64,000 nt of DNA. Origin: an uncultured Anaerolineaceae bacterium (GTDB lineage: Bacteria; Chloroflexota; Anaerolineae; Anaerolineales; UBA4823). A model generated the notes under the pieces. It was not told the origin of the DNA, did not search any database, and was given only the letters and a program-made list of their open reading frames with translations. A program made the position numbers and the translations under genes. Below, piece after piece: positions 56,122 through 64,000 of this stretch; positions within the stretch are counted from its first letter, which is position 1; each line of letters starts with the position of its first letter. The stretch lies in NCBI GenBank assembly GCA_964486825.1, contig CAZAQS010000001.1:4386-68385 (forward strand). The letters run 5' to 3'.

Positions 56122-56613
56122 TTACGGGAGGTCGGGAAATTTGTCGAGCCCATCTTGCATCTCCCCGGCTTCTGCTTGCTCGTCCAGAGAGGTAGAAAGC
56201 TCAGGAGCGGGAGCCACCCCGATATCGACCTTCTCCTCCATGCGGATCTGCCCTCGCAGGAAGGCGCCCTCTTCCGTGGCGAAGGAGGCGGTCACGACGT
56301 TGCCCCACACCCGCCCGCTACTGCGGATCTCGACTTTCTCAGCGAGGATGTCCCCGCGCACTGCACCAGCCACGATAACGGTGTTGGCACGCAGCTCCTG
56401 GCAGGTAACCCGCCCACTCTCGCCGATGACCAGCAGGCCACGCAAGGCAATATCGCCTTCCAGCGCCCCTTCGATGCGCAAGCCGCCACTGCCGCTCAAG
56501 CCGCCTTTAACGGTCAAACCGCCCCCCAATACGGAAGTAACCCGCTCTGCAGGCGCGCTGGCAGGGGAAATAAGCGAAGGGGTGTTAGAGTTGCGTTTTT
56601 TGAACATCCTCAA
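56122..56613 (-). CDS. bactofilin (polymer-forming cytoskeletal protein)
   Basis: 163 aa with a beta-helical repeat core (L.I.G...G.I....L.I...G.V.G.I) and disordered tails. Confidence 0.8.
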   Translation of the reverse strand: MRMFKKRNSNTPSLISPASAPAERVTSVLGGGLTVKGGLSGSGGLRIEGALEGDIALRGLLVIGESGRVTCQELRANTVIVAGAVRGDILAEKVEIRSSGRVWGNVVTASFATEEGAFLRGQIRMEEKVDIGVAPAPELSTSLDEQAEAGEMQDGLDKFPDLP

Positions 56614-57395
56614 TCAACCGGTTCGGTCGCTCCTAATATATTGTAACCCGAATCGACGTAGATCACTTCGCCGGTGACCCGGGCAGCCAGGTCGGAGGCC
56701 AGGTAAACGGCCGTCCCGCCGATATCTTCGATGGTAATTGGTTGGTGCAAGGGGGCCACCTCGGTGAACTGGCGATACATGGACTTGAAACCCGAGACTC
56801 CGGCTGCCGCCAGGGTACGGATAGGCCCAGCAGAGATGGCGTTTACCCGCACGCCCTGCTCTCCAAAGTCGTAGGCCAGATAACGGACGGAGGCCTCCAG
56901 GGCAGCTTTGGCGACTCCCATAACGTTATAGTGAGGCATGACTTTCTCGGATCCGTAATAGGTCAGGGTCAGCAGGCACCCCCCAGGACGCAAGACCGGC
57001 TGGAAGGCCTGGGCCATGGCAGTAAATGAGTACACGCTGATATCCATGGCCTTGTGGAATCCTTCCCGGCTGGTGCGGTAGTAGGGACCATTGAGCTCGT
57101 CCCGGTTGGCGAAGGCGACTGCGTGTACCAGGATATCCAGTCCGCCAAACTCGGCTTGTGCTACCCCAGCTACCCTGCGGATCTGGTCGTCGTCGGCTAC
57201 GTCACAGGGCTCGAGGAAACCTGCCCCGATCGATTCAGCCAGTGGGCGGGCCCGCCGCTCGAGCGCCTCTCCGGCATAGCTCAAAGCCACGCGAGCGCCG
57301 TGCTCGTGAAGAGCCTTGGCAATGCCCCAGGCGATAGAACGTTCGTTGGCAATACCGAAGATGAGGGCGTTTTTACCCTGCAATAGTGATGGCAT
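56610..57395 (-). CDS. fabI: enoyl-ACP reductase [NADH]
   Basis: 261 aa with GKNALIFGIANERSIAWGIAKAL and Y..M..AKAALE catalytic motifs. Confidence 0.9.
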   Translation of the reverse strand: MPSLLQGKNALIFGIANERSIAWGIAKALHEHGARVALSYAGEALERRARPLAESIGAGFLEPCDVADDDQIRRVAGVAQAEFGGLDILVHAVAFANRDELNGPYYRTSREGFHKAMDISVYSFTAMAQAFQPVLRPGGCLLTLTYYGSEKVMPHYNVMGVAKAALEASVRYLAYDFGEQGVRVNAISAGPIRTLAAAGVSGFKSMYRQFTEVAPLHQPITIEDIGGTAVYLASDLAARVTGEVIYVDSGYNILGATEPVD

Positions 57396-57459
57396 ATTTC
57401 CTCCTCATTGGTGGCCTTCCAGGGGCAGGGCAAAGACCCAGCCTGGAGGCGTATGGGAT

Positions 57460-58092
57460 CTAGCCTTGTGAGAGTGTGCAAAGCTCTCCGAGCATCGACT
57501 GCAGAGCTTCCGCCCCAAGTCTGAAACGCCAGGGCATGCTCTTCCAGGGTTCTGGCACATTATTTAAACCCACTCGGGGCGATATGGTGACGATTGAATC
57601 GGGAACCTGCAAGGCGTTTTCAACAAAAAGCTCAGCCTGCGGCGCGCACAGGTCATGCCCATTAAAAGCCTGGTCGATCGCCAGGGCCTGGCAGAGCTTG
57701 CCCGGCCCGTCCGTCCAGATAGCACGCGCCCGCCCGGAGCGGCGGGCGGCAATGCGCTGAATTCCTTCTGTGGGATAGATTGCCCGAATCAAGACCGCAG
57801 CTGGAAAGCCTTCCCCTTCAGCTACAAAATTGAGCATCCAGTGCATACCATAGGTGAAATAAACATAGGCATGCCCGGGAGGGCCATACATCACTCGAGT
57901 TCGAGGGGTCAGCCCAGCCTTGGCATGGCAGCCAAGGTCGGATTCTCCCCGGTAGGCCTCCGCTTCGGTGATGATCCCGGACGTGCGGTCGCTGTCTTCG
58001 AGCCGTACCAGACGTTTGCCCAGCAGGTCACGCGCCAGCGTCGCGGTATCCTGGGCGAAGTATTGGCGGGTTAAGCGGGTGGAAACTGGCAT
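57460..58092 (-). CDS. mpg: DNA-3-methyladenine glycosylase (MPG/AAG family)
   Basis: LARDLLGKRLVRL...ITEAEAY...DLGCHA...YVYFTYGMHWMLN. I prefer start ATG 58092. The ORF track extends to 58125. Confidence 0.8.
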   Translation of the reverse strand: MPVSTRLTRQYFAQDTATLARDLLGKRLVRLEDSDRTSGIITEAEAYRGESDLGCHAKAGLTPRTRVMYGPPGHAYVYFTYGMHWMLNFVAEGEGFPAAVLIRAIYPTEGIQRIAARRSGRARAIWTDGPGKLCQALAIDQAFNGHDLCAPQAELFVENALQVPDSIVTISPRVGLNNVPEPWKSMPWRFRLGAEALQSMLGELCTLSQG

Positions 58093-58097
58093 TGGAA

Positions 58098-58109
58098 TAT
58101 TGTACAATA
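58098..58109. promoter_or_regulatory. palindrome TATTGTACAATA providing a TACAAT -10-like hexamer on both strands
   Basis: It lies in the 49-bp gap between the divergent mpg and guaB genes. On the minus strand the hexamer ends 6 nt before the mpg ATG. Confidence 0.4.
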
Positions 58110-58141
58110 AAACCAGGGGCGTCAAAAAAGAGCCAAAGGTG

Positions 58142-59614
58142 ATGTCGGAAGCGCCTTACAGGAGGAACGAGATGAATCTACGATCAGAGCCGGGATTGAC
58201 CTTCGATGATGTGCTGCTAGCGCCGAAGCGGTCGGCCATCCGCAGCCGGGGGGATGTGAACACCTCCAGTTTGTTGGTAGGCGATATCCACCTGACAATT
58301 CCCATTATCAGCGCCAATATGGACACGGTAACGGAAGCGGCTATGGCGATAGCAATGGCCCAGGCCGGTGGGATCGGAATCCTGCACCGTTTCATGGCCA
58401 TCGGCCGCCAGGCAGAGATGGTGCGGCGCGTCAAGCGTACGGAGAGCTTCGTGGTGGAGCACCCGGTTACCATCGGCCCGCTTGCGAGTTTCCAAGAGGC
58501 TCGCAAGCTGATGGCCGAATCCTTTATCGGCGGGTTGGTAGTCGTGGATGAGGACGGGCGCCTGCTGGGCATGCTCACTGCTCGCGACCTCCTGCTGGCG
58601 CCAGGCGCCAACCAGCAGGTCAAGGACCTGATGACCCCCCGGGAGAAGCTGGTGACGGCCCCAACGGATGAAGCGCTGGATTCAGCCCGCTTGCGGCTGC
58701 ACTCCCATCGCATCGAAAAACTACCCCTGGTCGACTCGCAAGATCGGGTCCAGGGTCTGATCACCGCCCAGGATATCATCAAGCTACAGGAGCACCCCCA
58801 GGCCACCAAGGACAGCAAGGGTCGCTTGCGGGTGGGCGTGGCGGTTGGGGTGAGGGAGGACGACCTGGAGCGGGCGGGGGCCTGTATCGAACAGGGCGCC
58901 GACGTGGTGGTGGTGGACGTTGCCCACGGACACGCCGAGCACGTGCTCGAGATGGTGCGCCAGCTAAAAAAACGCTTCCCTCGAACGCCCGTTATTGCCG
59001 GTAACGTAGCCACCGCGCAGGGTGTGCAGGACCTGGCGGTCGCCGGAGCGGACGCGGTCAAGGTCGGGGTCGGATCGGGCTCGATCTGCATTACCCGCAT
59101 CGTGACCGGGTTTGGGGTCCCGCAGTTGACAGCCGTAGCGGACTGCGCCGAGGCCGGGCAAGAACTGGGTGTGCCGGTCATTTCGGATGGGGGTACGCGC
59201 AACTCTGGAGATATGGTCAAAGCCCTGGCGGCGGGCGCCAGCACGATCATGATCGGCAGCCTGTTGGCCGGGACGGATGAAAGCCCGGGCGCATCGGTGA
59301 TCCGTGAAGGCCGGCGCTATAAAGTGGTGCGCGGCATGGCCTCCTTTTCAGCCAACGTATCCAGGAAGGAGATCGAGCAGGCCGAGATCGACCTGAATGA
59401 ATTCGAACGGGTCGTGCCGGAAGGGGTGGAAGCGCTCGTCCCGCACCGGGGCTCGGTGGCCGATACCCTGCACCAATTGGTGGGCGGGCTTCGCTCAGCG
59501 CTCAGCTATGCAGGAGCGGCAAACATCGAGGAGCTATGGGAAAAGGCGGAGTTCATCCGCATCACACCCGCCGGGGAAAGAGAATCGGGGGCTCACGACG
59601 TCAAACTTCTGTAA
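58142..59614 (+). CDS. guaB: IMP dehydrogenase (with CBS pair)
   Basis: 490 aa counted from ATG 58142, with AAAGGTG upstream. Motifs are LTFDDVLL.P, the [11 protein letters not shown] catalytic loop and [12 protein letters not shown]. Confidence 0.85.
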   Translation: MSEAPYRRNEMNLRSEPGLTFDDVLLAPKRSAIRSRGDVNTSSLLVGDIHLTIPIISANMDTVTEAAMAIAMAQAGGIGILHRFMAIGRQAEMVRRVKRTESFVVEHPVTIGPLASFQEARKLMAESFIGGLVVVDEDGRLLGMLTARDLLLAPGANQQVKDLMTPREKLVTAPTDEALDSARLRLHSHRIEKLPLVDSQDRVQGLITAQDIIKLQEHPQATKDSKGRLRVGVAVGVREDDLERAGACIEQGADVVVVDVAHGHAEHVLEMVRQLKKRFPRTPVIAGNVATAQGVQDLAVAGADAVKVGVGSGSICITRIVTGFGVPQLTAVADCAEAGQELGVPVISDGGTRNSGDMVKALAAGASTIMIGSLLAGTDESPGASVIREGRRYKVVRGMASFSANVSRKEIEQAEIDLNEFERVVPEGVEALVPHRGSVADTLHQLVGGLRSALSYAGAANIEELWEKAEFIRITPAGERESGAHDVKLL

Positions 59615-59617
59615 GGT

Positions 59618-60574
59618 TTAAGGGCGTAGGGGTTTGGTCGGCTCGCGACTGAAGCGCGGATCACGTTCCAGGGTCAGGCGCAGCCCATCCGCCAGGGAGA
59701 TGCGCGGCTGGTAGCCCAGCTTCTCGCGAGCCAGGCTCAGGTCAGCGCACATGCGTGAGACCCCCGCGTCGGTGCGCGGGTTGTACATCACCTCTGCACG
59801 GCTGCCAGTCACTTCCAGGACCAGGCGTAGCAGCTCGCGCACGCTTGTCTCGTTCCCAGAGCCGATATTGATGACCAGATTGTCCAGGCCGGGGGCTGTC
59901 GCAGCCGCAATCAAAGCGCTAACCACGTCATCCAGGTAAACGTAATCACGCGTCTGGGAGCCATCGCTGTGCACCACCAGCGTACCATTGCGCATGGCCT
60001 GGCGCAGGAAATTTGGGATCACAGGGGGGTGCGAGGGCGGCAAGTGTTGCCCAGGCCCGTATGCGTTGAAGACCCTTAGGCTTACCGTCTCGATATCCCA
60101 CAGGTCGCCGATGGTGCGGATATAGTATTCTGCAGACAGCTTAGAGACTGCGTATGGCGAGCGTGGGTAAGGGATAGCGGTTTCCTTCAGCGGCAGAGAG
60201 GCCGGGTCTTGATCCCCGTACACCGCGCCGGAGGACACGAACACCACCCTGCGCACGCCTACATCGCGCATCGCTTCCATGACGCTGACCGTTCCACTGA
60301 CGTTGACGGCGTTGTACTCACGTGGGTAAATGACCGACTCGGGCACCGCCACCCGAGCTGCCAGGTGATAGACGCAGTCCACATCCTGGAGCAGGGTCCA
60401 CATCTTTGGCCGGTCGTTCACGTCCCCGCGCGTGAAAAGCACATCGTGGGAGAGCGATTGAGGATCGCCAGTTGAAAGGTCATCCAGGGCGCGCACATGG
60501 TGGCCCTCCCGGCTTAGATGGTTGGCAAGATGTGAACCGAGGAATCCGGCCGCGCCGGTAATGAGGAAATTCAT
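59618..60574 (-). CDS. NAD-dependent epimerase/dehydratase (GalE/UDP-sugar epimerase family)
   Basis: 318 aa with ITGAAGFLGSHL and YAVSK catalytic motifs. Confidence 0.8.
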   Translation of the reverse strand: MNFLITGAAGFLGSHLANHLSREGHHVRALDDLSTGDPQSLSHDVLFTRGDVNDRPKMWTLLQDVDCVYHLAARVAVPESVIYPREYNAVNVSGTVSVMEAMRDVGVRRVVFVSSGAVYGDQDPASLPLKETAIPYPRSPYAVSKLSAEYYIRTIGDLWDIETVSLRVFNAYGPGQHLPPSHPPVIPNFLRQAMRNGTLVVHSDGSQTRDYVYLDDVVSALIAAATAPGLDNLVINIGSGNETSVRELLRLVLEVTGSRAEVMYNPRTDAGVSRMCADLSLAREKLGYQPRISLADGLRLTLERDPRFSREPTKPLRP

Positions 60575-60659
60575 AGTTCAGGAATTATAGCATGGAGAAG
60601 CAAGACTATTGGATTGATCGGGAATACTGCCGGCGAGTATACCTTAAGCAAGGCTTCAT

Positions 60660-60688
60660 TTGACACGCACAGGAGAAACCATTATCAT
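60660..60688 (+). promoter_or_regulatory. promoter TTGACA-N17-TATCAT placed for a leaderless transcript
   Basis: TTGACA is at 60660-60665 and TATCAT at 60683-60688. ATG 60696 lies 7 nt downstream. Confidence 0.5.
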
Positions 60689-60695
60689 GTCAGGC

Positions 60696-62006
60696 ATGTG
60701 GCTCAAGCGGCTTCTGAAAATCGCAATCATCATCCTTGTAGGAGGCTTCGCGCTGACCCGTGATACCCAGCCACCTTTCGATTCGCGCTGGCAGGCAAGG
60801 TTCTTCACGCGCAGCTACGAGTTCGATTACGTCACCTGGACGGTGGATGCCTTTGCCAGGAAGCTGACCCATTTCTCCACCGGTAGCGCGGCTTATCTGT
60901 CCTTTCAGGACCAAAAGCAGACCGTGCTGAGCTACCTGGACCTGGTAAGCCAGATCCGCCGGGTTGAGGGTCAAATCAACCAGATTTTCGCCAACCCCGA
61001 GATCGAAGACCCACAAGAAGCTTCAAGGGAACTAAGGCAGGAACTGGAGGAATTGAGCCAGGTGCGCATCCGGCTGGCGCCCCTGGCTGAAGCCGTGCTT
61101 CAGGGCCAGGTCTCGACTGTCCTGGGTGATATGGGCTTTGGGGTCGTTGGCCAGCCCATCCCCCCTGTTTTGTACCGCACCACTCCCCTGCCGGTAGCCT
61201 TGATCATCTCGCCGCGCCATATCATCCGCCAGGATGTGGATATCTCGTTGATCCCTGAGTTGACCGTTGATCAAAAGGCCTCCCTGGAAGAGCATGTGGA
61301 CCTGGCTCTGGATGTGTCCTCGCTGGTGGTGAATATCGGGGGGATTGGGTTGTACCCGGCCATGATCCTGGAGACCACGGATATCAACTGGCTGGCGGAG
61401 GTGGTCTCTCACGAATGGACCCACAACTACCTTACCCTACGCCCGCTAGGTGTGAGCTACCTGGTAAGCCCGGAGTTGCGCACGATGAACGAGACCGCTG
61501 CCACCATTGCGGGCAAAGAGATTGGCCAGGAAGTAGTGCGACGCTACTACCCTGAATATCTGCCACCACCGCCTGACCCAGCTCCCGAAGTCCCTCCCGA
61601 CTTGCCTGAGCCCGAGCCTGCACAACCGCCGGCCTTCGATTACAGGGCTGAGATGCATAAAACCCGATTGAAAGTTGATGAGCTTCTGGCTGAAGGAAAA
61701 ATCGATGAAGCAGAGGAATATATGGAGGAGCGCCGGCAGGTCTTCTGGGACAACGGTTTTCAACACCTGCGCAAGCTCAACCAGGCCTATTTTGCTTTTT
61801 ACGGGGCGTACGCAGACCAACCCGGCGGCCCGGCCGGCGAGGACCCGGTGGGTGAAGCAGTGCGCCAATTCCGCTCGGGTAGCCCCGACCTGGCCAGCTT
61901 TCTTTACCGGATCTCCTGGATGAGCTCATTCGAGCAGCTAGAACGCATTCTGGCCAGCTCAGACCTGGTCCCCGAAGGAACACAGGCGCGCCAAAACATC
62001 CCCTGA
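60696..62006 (+). CDS. membrane-anchored protein of unknown function with an HExxH motif (putative zinc metallopeptidase)
   Basis: The N-terminal TM helix is MWLKRLLKIAIIILVGGFAL. It carries VVSHEWTHNY (HExxH) and a Pro-rich segment. I recognise no family. The ORF track begins at TTG 60660. Confidence 0.5.
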   Translation: MWLKRLLKIAIIILVGGFALTRDTQPPFDSRWQARFFTRSYEFDYVTWTVDAFARKLTHFSTGSAAYLSFQDQKQTVLSYLDLVSQIRRVEGQINQIFANPEIEDPQEASRELRQELEELSQVRIRLAPLAEAVLQGQVSTVLGDMGFGVVGQPIPPVLYRTTPLPVALIISPRHIIRQDVDISLIPELTVDQKASLEEHVDLALDVSSLVVNIGGIGLYPAMILETTDINWLAEVVSHEWTHNYLTLRPLGVSYLVSPELRTMNETAATIAGKEIGQEVVRRYYPEYLPPPPDPAPEVPPDLPEPEPAQPPAFDYRAEMHKTRLKVDELLAEGKIDEAEEYMEERRQVFWDNGFQHLRKLNQAYFAFYGAYADQPGGPAGEDPVGEAVRQFRSGSPDLASFLYRISWMSSFEQLERILASSDLVPEGTQARQNIP

Positions 62007-62060
62007 TCGAATCTGCGCAAATGGTTGTAGAGGGCTTAGAGCGCCTGGGGTAAGGGAAGC

Positions 62061-62321
62061 TCAGCGTGGCTCCACTGTGAATTTGATGGCAGTACGAATC
62101 TTGCCTTCAATGTCCACGTCCACGAACTCTGGTATAAAAACGATATCGAACCCATCATTGACCAGGTAGCCCTTGGCGAGCGTCATGGCTTTGACAGCCT
62201 GATTGACCGCACTGGCTCCAATGGCCTGCACCTCGGCGCGCTTGTTTTCCCGGACCACCCCTGCGATGGCGCCAGCCACAGCGGAGGTGCGGGAAGTGCC
62301 TGATACCTTGATAACGTCCAC
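62061..62321 (-). CDS. spoVS: stage V sporulation protein S family
   Basis: 86 aa (VIKVSGTSRTSAVAGAIAGVVRE...AIGASAVNQAVKA). The GTG start has AAGGAGGG upstream. Confidence 0.9.
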   Translation of the reverse strand: MDVIKVSGTSRTSAVAGAIAGVVRENKRAEVQAIGASAVNQAVKAMTLAKGYLVNDGFDIVFIPEFVDVDIEGKIRTAIKFTVEPR

Positions 62322-62414
62322 GTAGGCTTCCCTCCTTGGTTTTGAAGGTGCTGGCCGGACTTCACGACCACCCTGAACATCCTCCGTTGAATACCGGAAG
62401 TTCTCGTTAAAAAT

Positions 62415-62443
62415 ATTTTACAGGAAATTATGTTAAGGTGCAA
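62415..62443 (-). promoter_or_regulatory. candidate spoVS promoter TTGCAC-N17-TAAAAT
   Basis: On the minus strand, TTGCAC is at 62443-62438 and TAAAAT at 62420-62415. Confidence 0.4.
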
Positions 62444-62496
62444 TAGGAATTTATTCGAGGTGGTAGTATTTAGTTGACAATCTCCCCCTCTAAGAC

Positions 62497-63450
62497 CTAT
62501 CGTGCACACCGGAATCCGAGCCTGGGGTCTGTAGATACGTGCGATGAATTACGCGCTGAACAACGGCTCATTTCTAGAGCCCACTCCCTATCTCCAAGAG
62601 GGTAATACCATGAGCTACCTCGTAAGCAGTGATTCCAAGGTGGCGTGGTTCCAATTGGATTCTGTGCAGGCATTTCCGAGTAGTCGCTCCAGTTGTACCA
62701 GTCGAAAACCCATTCAGAAGCATTTCCGGTCATGTCAAAAACCCCATAAGGACTGGCGCCATATGGGTACGTTCCCACTGGGCGCAATCCTTGCCTTTTT
62801 ATATCCGAGGGAGTAGACAGCAAAGAAATCCACATGGCATCCTTGCCGATCATTTCATCAGAGGTAAAATCGCTTGGATATGGGTAACTATCACCATGCA
62901 AGACATTCGCTCGGCTTGCATCCCAGGCATCTCCCCACGGAAAGTTACGACCATCTGTACCCCGGCATGCCTTCTCCCACTCTGCCTCAGTTGGTAACCG
63001 CTTGCCCGCCCATATACAGTAAGCTGCTGCATCCTCCCAACTAATGCCTACTATTGGATAATCTGCTTGGCCTTGGGGATATTTGCCCTCAGACCAGTGA
63101 GATGGCGGCTTTCCACCAGTAACCTCTAAATAACGATGATACTGAAGGTTTGTTACCTCAAAACGGTCTATCTCATAAGCGTCTAGATAAACGGTTCGTT
63201 GTGGGCGTTCATCCAAACGCCCGTTATCACTACCCATTAAAAAATCACCCGCCTCAATAAATACCACACTGCCATCGAGCAGGTCTGCCAGCTTGGGATC
63301 ATCCACAGCTGCCATTTGGCGTACCCTGTTTGTATAGGCAATTTCATGCCTCACAGAATCCCATTCCAACCAAGTTGCTATACCGGCCAAGGCTATCATT
63401 AATCCGATTAGGAATACGGTCACTCCCATGAAGACCGAACTTTTCTTCAT
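62497..63450 (-). CDS. formylglycine-generating-enzyme (SUMF1/FGE-sulfatase) domain protein with N-terminal TM anchor
   Basis: FLMGSD...ERPQRTVYLDAYEIDRFEVTN..Y...GISWEDAAAYC.WAGKRLPTEAEWEKA.RG...RGSSW. The start is probably ATG 63450. The ORF track extends to 63507. Confidence 0.75.
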   Translation of the reverse strand: MKKSSVFMGVTVFLIGLMIALAGIATWLEWDSVRHEIAYTNRVRQMAAVDDPKLADLLDGSVVFIEAGDFLMGSDNGRLDERPQRTVYLDAYEIDRFEVTNLQYHRYLEVTGGKPPSHWSEGKYPQGQADYPIVGISWEDAAAYCIWAGKRLPTEAEWEKACRGTDGRNFPWGDAWDASRANVLHGDSYPYPSDFTSDEMIGKDAMWISLLSTPSDIKRQGLRPVGTYPYGASPYGVFDMTGNASEWVFDWYNWSDYSEMPAQNPIGTTPPWNHCLRGSSWYYPLGDREWALEMSRCSARNSSHVSTDPRLGFRCAR

Positions 63451-63750
63451 TCCCACATTCCATAAGGAAATGAACCACCTGCGAAACTCATTGCATAAAG
63501 GTAACAAATCTCGCCCCTACTCGTCCTCTGCCAGCTGGCGAATGCGCTCGTCCGGCACGCGCTGGCGAGCATGCTGGATTAGATTCTACACCCTATGTCA
63601 GTTTTTTTACTTTACCCATTCGTGCCATTCCATTTATTCGTTCTCATATTAACGATCCTCCCCATCAGTGTAATCTGTGGGTGATCACGTTCCCCCGAAT
63701 ACTCTTCCTCAAGGCTTGCCCTGAACCCGCCTCTGTGAGACAATACGCTT

Positions 63751-64000
63751 ATGGTCCGCTGGCTCACCTTCCTGCTCGCCATCGCCATTGGCGCGGCAGC
63801 CGGCCTGTATTACGGGTGGGTGGTCAACCCGATCCGCTATGTAGACGCAGCCCCTGATTCCCTGCGCTCGGACTATAAAGCCGATTATGTGCTGATGACG
63901 GCTGAGGCCTACCGGGCAGATGGAGACCTGGAGCTGGCCTTGGATCGCCTGTCGCTCTTAGGGGGAGCTTCCCCGGCCGAGAGCGTGGCCCTGGCTACGG
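63751..64000 (+). CDS. hypothetical membrane protein, N-terminal fragment (runs off the right edge)
   Basis: My own translation from ATG 63751 gives MVRWLTFLLAIAIGAAAGLYYGWVVNPIRYVDAAPDSLRSDYKADYVLMTAEAYRADGDLELALDRL... The frame stays open to the end of the window. Confidence 0.45.
   Translation, partial: MVRWLTFLLAIAIGAAAGLYYGWVVNPIRYVDAAPDSLRSDYKADYVLMTAEAYRADGDLELALDRLSLLGGASPAESVALAT

Noticed and set aside
58156-59250. 364-aa ORF antisense to guaB.
   Set aside because: An antisense shadow ORF that is Ser/Thr/Pro/Arg-rich, opposite an unmistakable IMPDH.
62497-63750. FGE/C-type-lectin-fold protein as the variable protein of a diversity-generating retroelement.
   Set aside because: No reverse transcriptase gene is present. 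No template repeat resembles the gene's 3' end (62497-62640) in either flanking intergenic region. The 3' end is not Asn/AAC-codon rich.

Overview
This is a compact bacterial chromosomal window with about 55 protein genes on both strands. I saw no rRNA, tRNA, transposase, integrase, phage gene or CRISPR array. The gene content (SpoVS, bactofilin, a T-box leader, Pro/Thr-rich lipoprotein linkers, several leaderless-looking starts) looks Chloroflexota-like, but that is only a guess. Main blocks, left to right: (1) miaB fragment, C39-like peptidase, PIG-L deacetylase, a selenocysteine-containing selD, NhaP2 antiporter and gamma-glutamyltransferase. (2) Two tandem GltD-like Fe-S flavoproteins, divergent from a MacAB-type efflux operon. 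(3) A minus-strand operon of a Fe3+/polyamine-type ABC importer, a PfkB kinase and CutA. (4) A long minus-strand myo-inositol catabolic cluster (LacI regulator, iolB, CUT2-like ABC importer, iolD, iolG, iolA, iolE, iolG). Its binding protein is an internal tandem duplication with a 565-bp, 564/565-identical core. (5) serA-like gene, M32 carboxypeptidase, IDH-family gene, a lipoprotein and kamA. (6) A cysM-mec-x-cysO-moeZ (sulfur-carrier dependent cysteine synthesis) operon. (7) A 2000-aa alpha-2-macroglobulin lacking the thioester Cys, divergent from a VanW protein. (8) Housekeeping genes: serS behind a textbook Ser T-box, fabI, bactofilin, mpg, guaB, an epimerase and spoVS. The most interesting signal is non-coding and lies just upstream of block 6. 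A consensus promoter drives an 11-codon leader ORF (MRKCMCLGRGL) embedded in mutually exclusive anti-antiterminator, antiterminator and terminator helices. This looks like a trp-style, cysteine-codon ribosome-mediated attenuator controlling the cysteine synthesis operon. All calls rest on reading the sequence and recalling protein families. No database search or folding program was run.
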